Assembly: GCA_963766075.1 (NCBI GenBank)
Contig: CAVYAN010000017.1
Location: 101,727 to 165,726 of the forward strand
Length of the DNA stretch: 64,000 nt
Direction: 5' to 3'
From: an uncultured cyanobacterium
GTDB lineage: Bacteria; Cyanobacteriota; Cyanobacteriia; Leptolyngbyales; Leptolyngbyaceae
This document shows, piece after piece, positions 51,853 through 63,084 of this stretch. Position 1 is the first letter of the stretch; the number at the start of each line of letters is the position of its first letter. Under the pieces are notes generated by a model, which did not search any database, was not told where the DNA came from, and saw only the letters and a list, made by a program, of their open reading frames with translations. The position numbers and the translations under genes were made by a program.

Positions 51853-51920
51853 CTAGTGCATTCCCGACTGTCTTCTGATTTTGCTTGCATAGCTTTGCTT
51901 TTATGGCTTTGCTTTTATGA

Positions 51921-51961
51921 CTGCTCTGAACGTCGTTTACCGTAAACGACGTTCAGAGCAG
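51921..51961. repeat. Perfect 41-bp palindrome
   Basis: CTGCTCTGAACGTCGTTTAC-C-GTAAACGACGTTCAGAGCAG. Confidence 0.95.
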
Positions 51962-52349
51962 CGATCGCACCGTTCCTCAGCTTGCCTATCTCAGCTTGCA
52001 CAGTAAACGACACCAGAACCAGCCGAACCCACTGGAGATAGTCCGAGATCGACTTGATCTGGGCAGGACTCGCCCGAAATCTGACCTAACTTCTCGAAAA
52101 TCGCGCAATTCCTCGACAATCAAAACTCGACAATCAAAAACCTCTCTAAAACAAAATCCTTTCTAAAATTATCTCCAAAATCAAATTAATTCGTTCAAAT
52201 TTCTCTGGTTAAACCTATAAAAATCTGATATGATGGTCAGATCTTTAAAAAGACGTTCACGGCCTAGGCTTCCTAGCCTCAACGATGCCACTTCCCAGAC
52301 CTGGGAATCGCCCTTCCCCGTCTGATCAGTGCAGCTTATCACCGAATTT

Positions 52350-52660
52350 GGCGATCGGCTGTGGAGAAGTGGGTAAATCTATAAATTTATGTAACAGGTC
52401 GTCAATTCTTAAAAAATACCTGTGGAAAAGTGGGCGATTTTCTGGGGAAAACTTGGGGGAAAGGGGTCGGAAAACTGAACGGCGATCGGGGAAAAGTAGA
52501 ATGAGTATAAATACTCTGTGGGAAAACGCGCCTTTTCTCCCCAAGTTTTCCACAATTGATAAGTTTCGCTGATCAGTGCAGTGATTTGGCTAGAGCAGTT
52601 TCTCCCCAGTTTCCCCAGCCCCTACTACTACTCTTTTAAATAAGTTTTTCTTAAGTCTGA
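52350..52660. other. Probable replication origin (oriC)
   Basis: DnaA boxes TGTGGAAAA 52421, TTTTCCACA 52546, TGTGGAGAA 52360 and several variants; CTACTACTAC DnaA-trio-like run at about 52623 followed by an AT-rich tract; directly upstream of dnaN. Confidence 0.75.
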
Positions 52661-52852
52661 TCCGATCCATATTTTCCGGATCGCGCGATTTGGTGACCTG
52701 AAAATCTGCCGAAAATCGATCTGGATCCGAAGGAACAAGGGTGCTAGTATTCACAGGCATCAGCCGTCGCTGCCCCAGTCCTGTCGCCCCAGGATAGTGG
52801 TAAATGCCGGTGGATAATGCCTTCCAGCCTATTTACCCCTTGCCCTTGCCCT

Positions 52853-54007
52853 ATGAAACTGGTCTGCGCCCAAAACGCCTTCAGCACAAATCTTTCGCTG
52901 GTGAGTCGCGCCGTTTCTGCTCGTCCCACCCATCCCGTCCTGGCAAACGTGTTGATGATCGCAGACGTGGAAACACAGCAGGTCAAGCTCAGCGCCTTTG
53001 ACCTCAGTTTAGGCATTCAAACGAGCTTTGCCGCCGAGGTAGAAGTGGGTGGCAAGCTCACCCTGCCTGCTAAGCTGCTAAACGATATTGTTTCCCGCCT
53101 ACCGGATGGCAACATTACCCTGGAAGATGGCGCGGCAGAGGGGAGTGAATCGCATTTGCTGACCATTCTCAGCTCGGTGTCGGGACGCTATCAGGTGCGG
53201 GGCATGGGAGCAGAGGATTTTCCCGAGTTGCCCGTGGTAGAAAATGGTGAAGTGGCTCAATTGCCGATTGAGGCGTTTATTGATGGGTTGCACGGGTCGT
53301 TGTTTGCGGCCAGTGCCGATGAAACCAAACAGGTCTTGACCGGCGTGCATTTGTCCCTACAAGCGGAAGGGCTTGAGTTTGCAGCGACGGACGGACATCG
53401 ACTGGCGGTGGTAGAAACGATCGCCGAAGAGGGCAGTCCCGTAAACGACGCTGCGCTGAATTTGAAGGTGACTATACCGGCCAAGGCACTGCAAGAACTG
53501 GCCAAGATGCTAGATAAACAGGCGGGCGGATCGGTAACCGTCCAGTTTGATCAGAGTCAAGTGGTATTTGAATGGACGGATCAACGGCTGACCAGTCGTT
53601 TACTGGAGGGGCAGTATCCCAACTATCGTCAATTGGTACCAAAACAATTTGCCCGTCAGTTGACAGTGGAGCGTCGTTTACTGCTAAGCGCGTTGGAGCG
53701 AATTGCGGTATTGGCTGATCAAAAAAACAACATTGTCAAATTGAGCCTCGATAGTGGGGCACAGCAAATTGCTCTATCGGTGGATGCTCAGGATGTGGGC
53801 AGTGGGCGCGAAGTGTTTCCGGCACAGATTACGGGCGAAGATTTGGATGTGGCGTTTAATGTGAAATATTTAATGGATGGCTTGAAGGTGATTACAACGT
53901 CAGAAGTGCAAATGCAGTTGAATACAGCCACAAGTCCAACGGTGCTAAGCCCTCTGGGAGGTATGAAGATGACGTATTTGGTGATGCCTGTACAGGTCCG
54001 TGGGTAA
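52853..54007 (+). CDS. dnaN: DNA polymerase III beta clamp
   Basis: SRAVSARPTHPVL, ATDGHRL, GQYPNY, AFNVKYL, YLVMPV. Confidence 0.97.
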   Translation: MKLVCAQNAFSTNLSLVSRAVSARPTHPVLANVLMIADVETQQVKLSAFDLSLGIQTSFAAEVEVGGKLTLPAKLLNDIVSRLPDGNITLEDGAAEGSESHLLTILSSVSGRYQVRGMGAEDFPELPVVENGEVAQLPIEAFIDGLHGSLFAASADETKQVLTGVHLSLQAEGLEFAATDGHRLAVVETIAEEGSPVNDAALNLKVTIPAKALQELAKMLDKQAGGSVTVQFDQSQVVFEWTDQRLTSRLLEGQYPNYRQLVPKQFARQLTVERRLLLSALERIAVLADQKNNIVKLSLDSGAQQIALSVDAQDVGSGREVFPAQITGEDLDVAFNVKYLMDGLKVITTSEVQMQLNTATSPTVLSPLGGMKMTYLVMPVQVRG

Positions 54008-54080
54008 GATGGGTTTCTAGCTGTGAAACTTTGAAAGATTAATAGTTCTTTTGACGGCAAATCCTGCGTGTGATGCTAAA

Positions 54081-54114
54081 AATCCTCCATGCCCAATACG
54101 AGCAATGGAGGATT
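54081..54114. terminator. Hairpin between convergent genes
   Basis: AATCCTCCAT / ATGGAGGATT arms. Confidence 0.6.
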
Positions 54115-54149
54115 GGGGTTTTTGCAAGCTGCTGCGCCACGGGTGGTGT

Positions 54150-57100
54150 TTAGTAGGACTCTTCGATCGCCTCGTCTCGGCTATTTGTCCGCTGCTCTAG
54201 GGTCGCCCGGTTGAAATTCATGTGAATCGAGCGGGTTTGGACTCCATCGGCGGCGATCGCCAAAATTGGGAAATCTACTTGACCATTTTGGAATGGCATA
54301 TGGAAGCGGAATGTGCCATCGGGATTGAGGGGAACAGGCTGGCCACCGATAAATAACGTAGCATCCGGTTCTGTTGCCCCATAGACAATCAACTCAGCAT
54401 CCGCAAGCAACCAAAACTTGCGCGCCCGAATGGGTGGCATCGAAGCAAAGAAGCCAACCCCTGACATGCCGACGCCCGACATGTTCATGCCCGACATGTT
54501 CATGCCCGACATCGTAGAAACAGCAAACCCCACGCCCGACATGCCCACGCCTGACATAGTGGGAACAGCAAACCCTATCCCTGACATGCCAACCCCTGAC
54601 ATGGTCAGGCGCGCTAATTCTGGTGGTACGGCTGGTCCTGCTGGAATTGAGAATCCCACCCCCGACATGTTCATGCCGATTCCGGACATCATCCCGATCC
54701 CCGACATGCCCACGCCCGATATACCCACACCCGACATCGAATGCACTGAAAAACTAGAGGCAGTGGCACCGACCCCGGCAAGGCCACCCGCCACCAGCGC
54801 ATAGGAACTGAGCGATTCTGAGCCCCCGAGGAAGCGTTCCGAACCACCCAGCATCTGCTCCGAGCCTCCGATCGCCACCATTTGCTCTGAGCCACCGACG
54901 AGGCGTTCTGAACTGCCAATCATGCGTTCTGAGCCACCAATCATCTGCTCTGAACCGCCAATCATCTGCTCCGAGGCTCCCACCATTTGAGCTGAACCGG
55001 GGGGAACCGAACCTGCTACATGGGGCATGGATCCAAAGATTGACCCCGCCACCCGCTGGGAATCAGCGGTTTTGGTGATATGGAAAATGTGGTCGTAGAT
55101 GGGATTGTCAAAGCCGCTGGTGCCGCCCCGCCTGAGCTGCATGAATGTTTTGCCGCGCAGATCTTCTTGCCAGTCAACGCCCAAAAACTGCTCGTTGTAC
55201 CAGTCAGAGGGAAACATGGGGGGGATACGAATTGGCAGCGATCGCGCCAACATGAGCCAGTGGCCGTTTGCGGTCAAATAGCCAATTTCGGCTACATAGT
55301 CGCAATCGCTAAAGGGAATCGGCACATACCAATCCCTGGCCAACTCATCACAGTCATACTGTTGCAAGTTCTGGGGGGCTTGCCCTAGAGTATCGCCCTG
55401 CGTCACATCGTAAACTCGCAGAGCTAGCGTTTCCCCCCCTTGGCGGCGCAATTCTGCCTTGTGATCATTGGGTGTATCCCAATAGGCATAGGCCCACTGT
55501 GGATCTCGGGGCAGCAGCACGATGCGACTGTCGCCATAACCGTCGGGCAATTCAGGGAGATGGGCATCCACCGTGGCTAAGAATGCACTAGATGGGGCAT
55601 TCTCGCCGTTACCTGGCACCGCCGAAAACTTGGTTGCTTCGACGTCGGTTTGGGCTTCTTGATTCAAGGCTCCAACCGCCATTGCTCCCAGTCCGACCGC
55701 TGCTACACCGCCTACGGCTGCCGCTACACCGGAGAGATCAAACTCGCCAGAGGAACTGGTTTCCAGGGGGCTGGCCGCAGTCACCGTACCGAGTTGCTCA
55801 TCGGCATTGGGGACAACGGGCAGCGGTACTCCGAGTACTGCTCCATCTGCGGTTACGTCTGGTACGGTTACATCTGGTGCCGACACATCTGGTGTGGCAA
55901 CCTCAGAGCCTGCCGCCGTAGCTATTCCGGCGGCAGCTATTCCGGCAGCGGCAATTCCTGTCGCTAGACCGGGTTGTCCAGAAGGGAGCGTTTCGTCCCA
56001 TGGATCAGGCAAGGGTGTGGTGGCGGGTGGGAGATTCGCGCTGGGATCGGCGATCGCCTCGTCATGTCCCAACCCATTATTCCCTGACCGGGCGGCGGCT
56101 ATGGCTCCGGCCCCAGCGGCTGCGGCTCCTAGGGCAGCACCCACCGCAGGAGAAGCGGCGGCTGCCCTAGGTGCTGACGCGTTGATGGCATTGGGTACGT
56201 CCCCAGCGAGAGGGGCGACTCCAGCGGTGAGGGCTGGGTCACTGGGTGGAGAGGGTGGCAGCGTGGGGGAGGGGGATCCAGAATCTAAATCCGTGCCAGA
56301 ACCCGCGCCTTTACGTCCGAATAGTGCCCACGCAGCAAGCAACCCCAAGGGCAATAATCCCCACAGCCAACCTATTGTGCCGTTGGAGTCAGGGGAGGGC
56401 GGCAGGGCGGCAGGGGCTGCCGCAGGACTCAAGGGAGCCCCTGTAAAGGTGGCTGAGGGAGAGGCGGTTCCAGTAGAAGCTGCTCCGGGGGAGGCAGTTC
56501 CAGGGGCAACGGTGCCGGGTGCCGGGGAGGCTGGGTACTGCTGCTGCAATGGCAGCCGCTTCGGCAGCACGGGCTTGGGCGATCGCGGCTCGGCCTTCGG
56601 GTGCCGTCGCATAGCCCAGAAAGGCCAAGGCGGCTGGGCTGGGCTGCGGGCCTTTGTATACGTACAGCAGCGGCTGCGAGAACGGATAACGGGGATCATT
56701 CGGCAGCACTTGGTGCATGTTGAGAATACGCACCGCCGCGACATCCTTCACCTGGTTGGCTGTGGCGTAGCTGATGCCGTCGGTACCCAGCTTCTCAATC
56801 ACGGCTGCGGTATCGTCTTTGACCGGGGTGGCGGTGGCTACGGCTTGGAAGGGGGCCGATTGAAAAACGGGATAGTTATGGAAAGCTTGACGTGTATCGC
56901 TGGATTCCGGGCGGTCCACCAGCCGAATCGGTCCTGGAGGACCGCCAACCTCTGACCAGTCGGTGATTTCTCCGCGAAAGATCTTGGCAAATTGATGAAT
57001 GGTCAGGCTGCCCTTAAAGGGATTGTTCGGACCTACCAAAATTGCAATTTTGTCACGCACAGCAGGGGTGGCCCTGAATCCCTTAGCCTTTTCTTCGGGC

Positions 57101-57438
57101 GTTAGAGGCCGCCCCATGGCTACAAGGTCTAACTTACCGTCTAGAAGGGATTGCAGGGCAGGTTCGATGCCACTGGTTGCAGTGGTTACAGTGGTGCCGG
57201 TAAATTTTCCTTCAAATTTTTGTTTTAGGGCTTGGTTGATAGCGACCATACTATTGGCCCCATCAATACGCACAGTAGTCCCTTGGGGCACGGTTTTAGG
57301 AAATGGAAAAGCCGCTGCGTCAGAGAGCTGCGCACGAGCGGTCGGCAGGGGCACTACCGCTGCCAAGGGAACAGCAACAGCAGCTAAGGCAGCAAGGAGT
57401 GCCAGATTTAGGACCGGAGAAATCTTTCGTTGCACCAT
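54150..57438 (-). pseudogene. PstS-like binding domain fused to a DUF4912 domain, frameshift near 56530
   Basis: 5' frame: signal, IDGANSM, DRPESSDTR, RYPFSQPL. 3' frame: TM, low-complexity linker, LLPRDPQWAYAYWD, DAELIVYGATEP. Confidence 0.75.
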
Positions 57439-57889
57439 TGGGGGAGAAAGCCGTATGAGTAAATCCAACAGGAATGAATCTGACTGAATAAAGAATTTTC
57501 TGGATAGGATTGAGCAATTATACCGCCTTCATCCGAAATGCCAAGTTATGTGAAGGACGATTCCAAAATGGCGAATATGGTATAAGGATAGACGGAAGTT
57601 TTACGCCTCCTCTTTTTTGTAAGCCTTCCTTGGGCTGAATTCCTTAGACTGAAGACTGAATTTGTTTCAGGACTCAGAATGTTTAAATTTTTAGAGCATT
57701 AAACTGTGAATAATTCCGCTTTGCCCGTCGTGTTCTAAAGAGTGCTTTCTCATCAGAAGAAATTTGGTCCCATCGGGTGAATCCTAGCAGGGCAATCGGT
57801 ACAGAATCGTCTTCAAGTCTATAAGCAATACGTTAAGGCGAGTGCAAGCAAGGGTGTTGAGAGGGTAGCTCAGCGAGAAGAGAGTCGGG

Positions 57890-58297
57890 TTATTGTGAGT
57901 TAGGGTGGCTACTACGCTGTTCAATTTCAGTCAATGCTCTGAGTACGAGGCGTTTTGCTTGCAATCTCCAGCCGCGTCGTTGAATGGAATAGTACAAAAA
58001 ACCACCAATCCCCGTAGCGACGAAGTCTAAAGGCTGAAACAGGGCGATCCCAAATAGCAGCCCCAGGCCAGCAATGCCTAAAAAAGGCAAAGCAACCGTT
58101 TGCCGCTGCGTTTCAATCAGGTGATTCAGCCAGTCTGTTGGGAGTTCTGTCGCGAGGGCGGCTTTGATCTGTTGCTGTTCGCTGAAGGAAACAGAAAGGC
58201 CAATTTTTTGGCGAAGTTTTTCCAGTTTGCGGGCGTCGGTACTGTACTGGGTCAGCTCGTCCTCTGCCATCAAGATCAGCCGCTCATACTGTCCCAC
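57890..58297 (-). CDS. Conserved cyanobacterial membrane protein
   Basis: GTG start after GAGG; two TM segments. Confidence 0.65.
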   Translation of the reverse strand: MGQYERLILMAEDELTQYSTDARKLEKLRQKIGLSVSFSEQQQIKAALATELPTDWLNHLIETQRQTVALPFLGIAGLGLLFGIALFQPLDFVATGIGGFLYYSIQRRGWRLQAKRLVLRALTEIEQRSSHPNSQ

Positions 58298-58501
58298 GGG
58301 TGTTTCCTCGCGATCGCCGCCATTTTCTGCATTATCCCAGATTCCGATCCCCGATCGGTTCGATTCTGGATTTCCGGCTCGGGATTCCCGATGCGGGGTA
58401 GGGCAATTGGTCTCGAATGGGCTGGCCGGAATATCCGGATTGTGCCCCATTGTCCGTGTTTCTACTGGTATATCGTTTCCTGAAATCGCGCAATCTACCT
58501 T

Positions 58502-59520
58502 ATGTCAAACTCTTTTGCCTATCGGCGTCTCCGGATTGGGGTCTGGGTGACGTTGTTTCTCTGTGCTCTCAGCATTGCCCTCGGGGTGGCTGGGTGGCAC
58601 CATCCGTCCGCGATCGCCCAACCTGTGACCCGTGCTACCCTCACTCAGGTGCTAGACGGTTCCGATGTCTTTATTCAAAATCGCAAAGCCAAGGTGAATG
58701 ACAGTGCCACTAAAGGGCAGCGGGTGCGCACAGGGGCCACTCGGGTCCAGTTGACCTTTGACACCGGAGCGATCGGTCGTCTTGGGCACAACTCCGTGCT
58801 CACCGTTGGCCAGTGTGCGCGGCTCAAAAAAGGAACTGTTTTAATTAATGGAGCCATGAATGGCTGTAGCGGCTCGGCGGTCGCGGGTGTGCGCGGTACC
58901 ACCTATATTATGGAAGTCGATGATGCCGGGATCACGCGAGTCAGTGTCCTGGAAGGCAATGTTGCCGTTGCTCCCGCTGATCCGTCCCAGCCCGTTGAGC
59001 CGGAAGCCGCTGACGACGAGGTGATTCCCGCAAAAACCAAGCAGGCTGCACCGCCCCCACCCAGACCCTTACCCCCACCCCCAGGCCATTACCGCCCCCT
59101 GCGCCTAAGCCTGTTGCGCCGCTGCCCGCGCCTAAGCCTGCCGCGACACCCAAGCCCGTCACCTCTCCCCCGTCGCCGCCCAAGGGGACGTCTGTGCCCA
59201 AAACTCCCGGTTTACCCGTGCCCGCGCCGACTCCACTCCAGTCCCCGCCGAATGCGGGCAGTGGTCAGCCCATTATGGTGGCCACTGGTGAAACCGTGGA
59301 GGTTGCCCCCACCGGTCAACTGGGGCCTGTGGCAAAGCTGACCGAAGCGGAGTATCGTCGGATCCTTACAGGGGCACTCTTTGACGGCTATACCCTGCAA
59401 ATTCCGGGAATTGACAAGGTGCGCCGTGCCTATGAGCAGCTCTTTCCAGGGGTGCCGTTCCCGGTTACCGTTCCCAGCTTGCACATTGCTCCCCCTGTGC
59501 GGATTCGACTGCCATTCTAA
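58502..59520 (+). pseudogene. FecR-domain protein with frameshift in the Pro-rich linker (about 59055-59085)
   Basis: VRTG, AGVRGT, VSVLEG FecR motifs; the PAPKP linker and C-terminus continue in a different frame. Confidence 0.7.
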
Positions 59521-59592
59521 GCCCAGATTCGCCCTCCAGCTCAGCCCGCATTTTGGCCCACCTTGATTTTGGCCCCATGATTAAGAGTGCTC

Positions 59593-59641
59593 CACAAGAA
59601 AAAAGATCCCACGGTTTAACCGGAGGATCTTTTTTCTTGTG
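59593..59641. terminator. Bidirectional intrinsic terminator
   Basis: CACAAGAAAAAAGATCC / GGATCTTTTTTCTTGTG between convergent genes. Confidence 0.8.
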
Positions 59642-59704
59642 CTCAACTTTTGGACTTAACTTTTGGACTTAACTTTTGAGCTTAACTGAGAAGCTGAACG
59701 AACG

Positions 59705-60358
59705 TTAAACCGCAGCAGTTTCGGGGTAGCAGACGTTGGTGCCTCCCAACCCACAGTAGCCCCCTGGATTTTTTGCCAAGTACTGCTGGTGATAGGCTTC
59801 TGCGTAGTAAAACGGGGGCGCATCCAGAATCTCTGTGGTGATTGGCCCATAGCCGCTCGCCTTGAGCATGGTTTCGTAAACGGCCTTGGATGCCTCAGCA
59901 GCCTGCCGCTGGGACTCCGAATAGGTGTAAATGCCGGAGCGATATTGGGTGCCTGCGTCGTTGCCTTGGCGCATGCCCTGGGTGGGGTTGTGGCTTTCCC
60001 AAAAAACCTTGAGCAAGGCATCGTAGCTGATCACGGTGGGATCGTAAACCACAAGCACCACTTCATTGTGCCCAGTCATGCCCGAACAGACTTCGTTATA
60101 GGTGGGGTTGGGGGTGAGGCCCGCCGCGTAGCCCACCGCTGTCGAGAATACACCCGGTTGCTGCCAAAACTTGCGCTCGGCTCCCCAAAAGCAGCCCAAG
60201 CCAAACAGGGCCGTTTCCAAGCCTGCCGGAAAGGGAGCTTGCAGCGGGTTGCCATTGACAAAATGCTTAGCGGGAACGGGCATGGCTTCGGCCCGCCCCG
60301 GTAATGCCTCTGCGGGACTGGGCAAGGAGGACTTTTTGCCAAAACCAAATAACACCAT
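59705..60358 (-). CDS. msrA: Peptide methionine sulfoxide reductase A
   Basis: [31 protein letters not shown]. Confidence 0.97.
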   Translation of the reverse strand: MVLFGFGKKSSLPSPAEALPGRAEAMPVPAKHFVNGNPLQAPFPAGLETALFGLGCFWGAERKFWQQPGVFSTAVGYAAGLTPNPTYNEVCSGMTGHNEVVLVVYDPTVISYDALLKVFWESHNPTQGMRQGNDAGTQYRSGIYTYSESQRQAAEASKAVYETMLKASGYGPITTEILDAPPFYYAEAYHQQYLAKNPGGYCGLGGTNVCYPETAAV

Positions 60359-60467
60359 AGGACTGTCTCTACATGATTAATATCCTTTACGTTTTTTAAT
60401 ATAGCTTGGATGTCTGAGCGATCGCTGAGAGCGGGGTAAGAGTTGTGCGGGGTTCTGCTGTCCTTTA

Positions 60468-61823
60468 CTAGGACTGGCGCTCCAGCCACGCCCGCATTTT
60501 TCCAGGATTGAGTAGGCCGTGGGGATCGACTCTTTCTTTGAACTGGAGTTGGGCGATGTCCACGGTTTTCATGCCGCCGTCTTCCAGTAAATAAGTATGA
60601 GGATTAAAGATCAAAGCTCCCTGGGCTTCGTGGTAGTCCATGATGGCTTGCAGGCGTTCTGGGGTGCTATAGCGCACAATTTGCAGGGCGGCGGGCAGGG
60701 CTCTCCCGTTTGCCCGCAGAAATTCCAGATGCATCATCACTTCATCGCCAAAGTGCCTGTACATCTGCTCGACGCCAACCAGACCGTTCGGAAAAAGGGT
60801 TTGTAAATAGGTGAGGCTGGGATCAACGCTGCGGGCGTGGAGGGTGGTGTGGTTCCAGGAGTATTCCACGAGGGTGATGCCTTTGCTGGCTTCCTGGGCG
60901 GACTTTTGATAGGCAAGGGTGCCGCCTGAGTCCCGCACCAGTTCAGCAAAGGGTTCTAGGGACGACTCGGCTACGAGCACTAAGGCGCAATGACTGCCGC
61001 TGGGTATGTAACTTTTGAGGGCGGCGAAGTACTGGGGAATGGGATCGGCACAGACGCAGACGAGCTTTTTGATGATGCCGTCGCTGTCGCTGAGGGCTTG
61101 GCCGAATTGGGCAGCGGCCATGAAGTCGGGGAAGGTGGCGATCGCTTCGGCCCAGGCATAGGCGGGACCCAGGGGAATTTCTAATTCGGTGATGATGCCG
61201 TTGGTGCCGTAGGCATGGGCCACGGGGTACACGGCATCGCCGCGCAGTTCAATCACGCGGGGCTGATCTTCCAGGGTGACGACCCGCGCCGCGAGGATAT
61301 TGCCGCGATCGCGCAACTGGCCATACATCACCGACCCAATGCCGCCGCTACCGCCGCCAATAAATCCGCCCACGGTGGCGGTACGGTAGGTGGAGGGCGT
61401 CATCCGTACTTCCCAGCCCATTTCTCGCGTTTGTTTATCCAGGGCGGCAATTTTTACGCCGGGTTCGACACAGGCAATTCCTGGCTTGACCCACTTCACG
61501 GCCTGCATCCGGCTTAGGTCCAGAATGACGCCGCCTTCTAGGGGGATACATTGCCCATAGTTGCCCGTTCCGGCTCCCCGCACGGTGAGTGGCAGCCGGT
61601 GCTGCACGCAGATCTCGGCGACCTGCAGCACTTCTGCTTCATTGGTGGCGCGCACGACAATATCACCGCGTTTGTCGTGCAATAGGGGTTGCAAAATGGG
61701 GCTGAAGTGATAGTAGTCCTGTGACAATTTTGTGACTTGATGGCTGTCGGTAATGATGTCCAAACCGGTGAAGACCGCAATCAAATCATCAAGACTAAGA
61801 CTAGAGTTTGCGATTAACGTCAT
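60468..61823 (-). CDS. FAD-binding oxidoreductase (FAD_binding_4 family)
   Basis: RGAGTGNYGQ, ATVGGF, GTNGII, DPHGLLNPGK. Confidence 0.9.
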   Translation of the reverse strand: MTLIANSSLSLDDLIAVFTGLDIITDSHQVTKLSQDYYHFSPILQPLLHDKRGDIVVRATNEAEVLQVAEICVQHRLPLTVRGAGTGNYGQCIPLEGGVILDLSRMQAVKWVKPGIACVEPGVKIAALDKQTREMGWEVRMTPSTYRTATVGGFIGGGSGGIGSVMYGQLRDRGNILAARVVTLEDQPRVIELRGDAVYPVAHAYGTNGIITELEIPLGPAYAWAEAIATFPDFMAAAQFGQALSDSDGIIKKLVCVCADPIPQYFAALKSYIPSGSHCALVLVAESSLEPFAELVRDSGGTLAYQKSAQEASKGITLVEYSWNHTTLHARSVDPSLTYLQTLFPNGLVGVEQMYRHFGDEVMMHLEFLRANGRALPAALQIVRYSTPERLQAIMDYHEAQGALIFNPHTYLLEDGGMKTVDIAQLQFKERVDPHGLLNPGKMRAWLERQS

Positions 61824-62175
61824 GGCAGGGGGCGTCCTGGGTAGGCAATGAGGCTGAGTCGACTATTAAAAATGCAAGACTTAGAACTGTGAAATTAAAG
61901 ATGCAAGCTGAGGCAACGCTGAGAGGATGTTTTAAAAGTCCTCCGGTGAGTCGGTAAAACCTGAATCGAGTGTATCGTGATCTTGCAAGATTGGGCTGGG
62001 GAAGGGCTTGCAAAAGCGCTGAGCTGGTGGGGGTTGATAGTTGAGGGTTTACCGCCACGGGCGATCGCCCCTGCTAAAGATCGGCACGAACCTCCACGCT
62101 GGGCAGGCGTGTGGGTCAGCGCTGCGATCGCTCTCCGACAGGGGATTGATCGCAGCGCTGCTGACTTTTCCTGGG

Positions 62176-62448
62176 TTATTCCGTGCGCATGCCCCGAGAG
62201 GCAACACGAATGATCACCGGAGTAGATTTAATGGCAATGGCTTTGCTCCATTCACTGGCCCCAATCACGTTGACTTGGTGTAGGAGGTTGACCATGGCCC
62301 GGACGGCGGGGCGGGAGCCGGTGAGGGTGATGTTGACCCATTCGTTGCCGAGGGTGGTGAGGTCGGTGATGAAGTCGCGATCGCGTGAGGCCGGATCGTT
62401 GAGAACGGACGGGCAAACGCGGCTATCACTCGGCGGTTGAGTAGTCAT
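62176..62448 (-). CDS. Small hypothetical protein
   Basis: AGGAG RBS before MTTQPP; LTGSRPAV..LLH..EWS block resembling a recurrent cyanobacterial small-protein family. Confidence 0.55.
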   Translation of the reverse strand: MTTQPPSDSRVCPSVLNDPASRDRDFITDLTTLGNEWVNITLTGSRPAVRAMVNLLHQVNVIGASEWSKAIAIKSTPVIIRVASRGMRTE

Positions 62449-62833
62449 GATGGGTCTCCTTGTGTTTTTTGTGGGGGAAGGAAACCCAAAAACCAAAGCC
62501 ACCCCGATGCGTTGCAGAGCAGGGTGGCTTGTAAAATGTGACAAGCCGCCATGCTGGTGTGTTCAGCTTGGGGGTTAGCGATCGCTTGGTGGTTGCAAGC
62601 ACTGGGCGATCGCGTTTTATGGCAGAGGCTTTTGGGCGTCTGGGTGAGCGCAGTTAAACCTAGGTGCACTCACCTTAACGCAAGAGAATACCGAATCGCG
62701 CCGCACTTTGCAAGCCCTATTTTGAGTAAATTTGGGATGGACGGGCATTCCTGTGGGGTTGCCATCCACCGATGGCTTGAGATCAAGTTTTGGGAACCCA
62801 AAATCAAGTTGCATCTAGAGCCTACGCCTGAAT

Positions 62834-62950
62834 TTAGGCATCCAAGGGACTGCGCACCCCCAAACCGCCCCGATTGAGGACGTGGGTGTAAATCATCGTG
62901 GTTTTGACATCCTTATGGCCGAGGAGTTCTTGGACGGTACGGATGTCGTA
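62834..62950 (-). pseudogene. intI: C-terminal remnant of integron integrase
   Basis: Translates [38 protein letters not shown], the characteristic IntI C-terminus with catalytic H and Y; too short for the ORF track. Confidence 0.9.
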
Positions 62951-63084
62951 GGGATATCCGTACCGTCCAATATTCATGTATTAAGCACTACTCGAATTGA
63001 TTCAGTAATAAGTCTAAAGATTTACGGAAGAAATTGGCTCACAGTTTCGTCTACAGGATAAAATTTAAGTGAGATTGGAGTTTC

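Noticed and set aside
52285..52572. ORFs in the origin region
   Set aside because: Overlap the DnaA-box cluster and have no protein features.
55807..56955. 382-aa plus-strand ORF and other antisense ORFs over core genes
   Set aside because: Shadow frames of GC-rich or low-complexity genes on the opposite strand, with no motifs.
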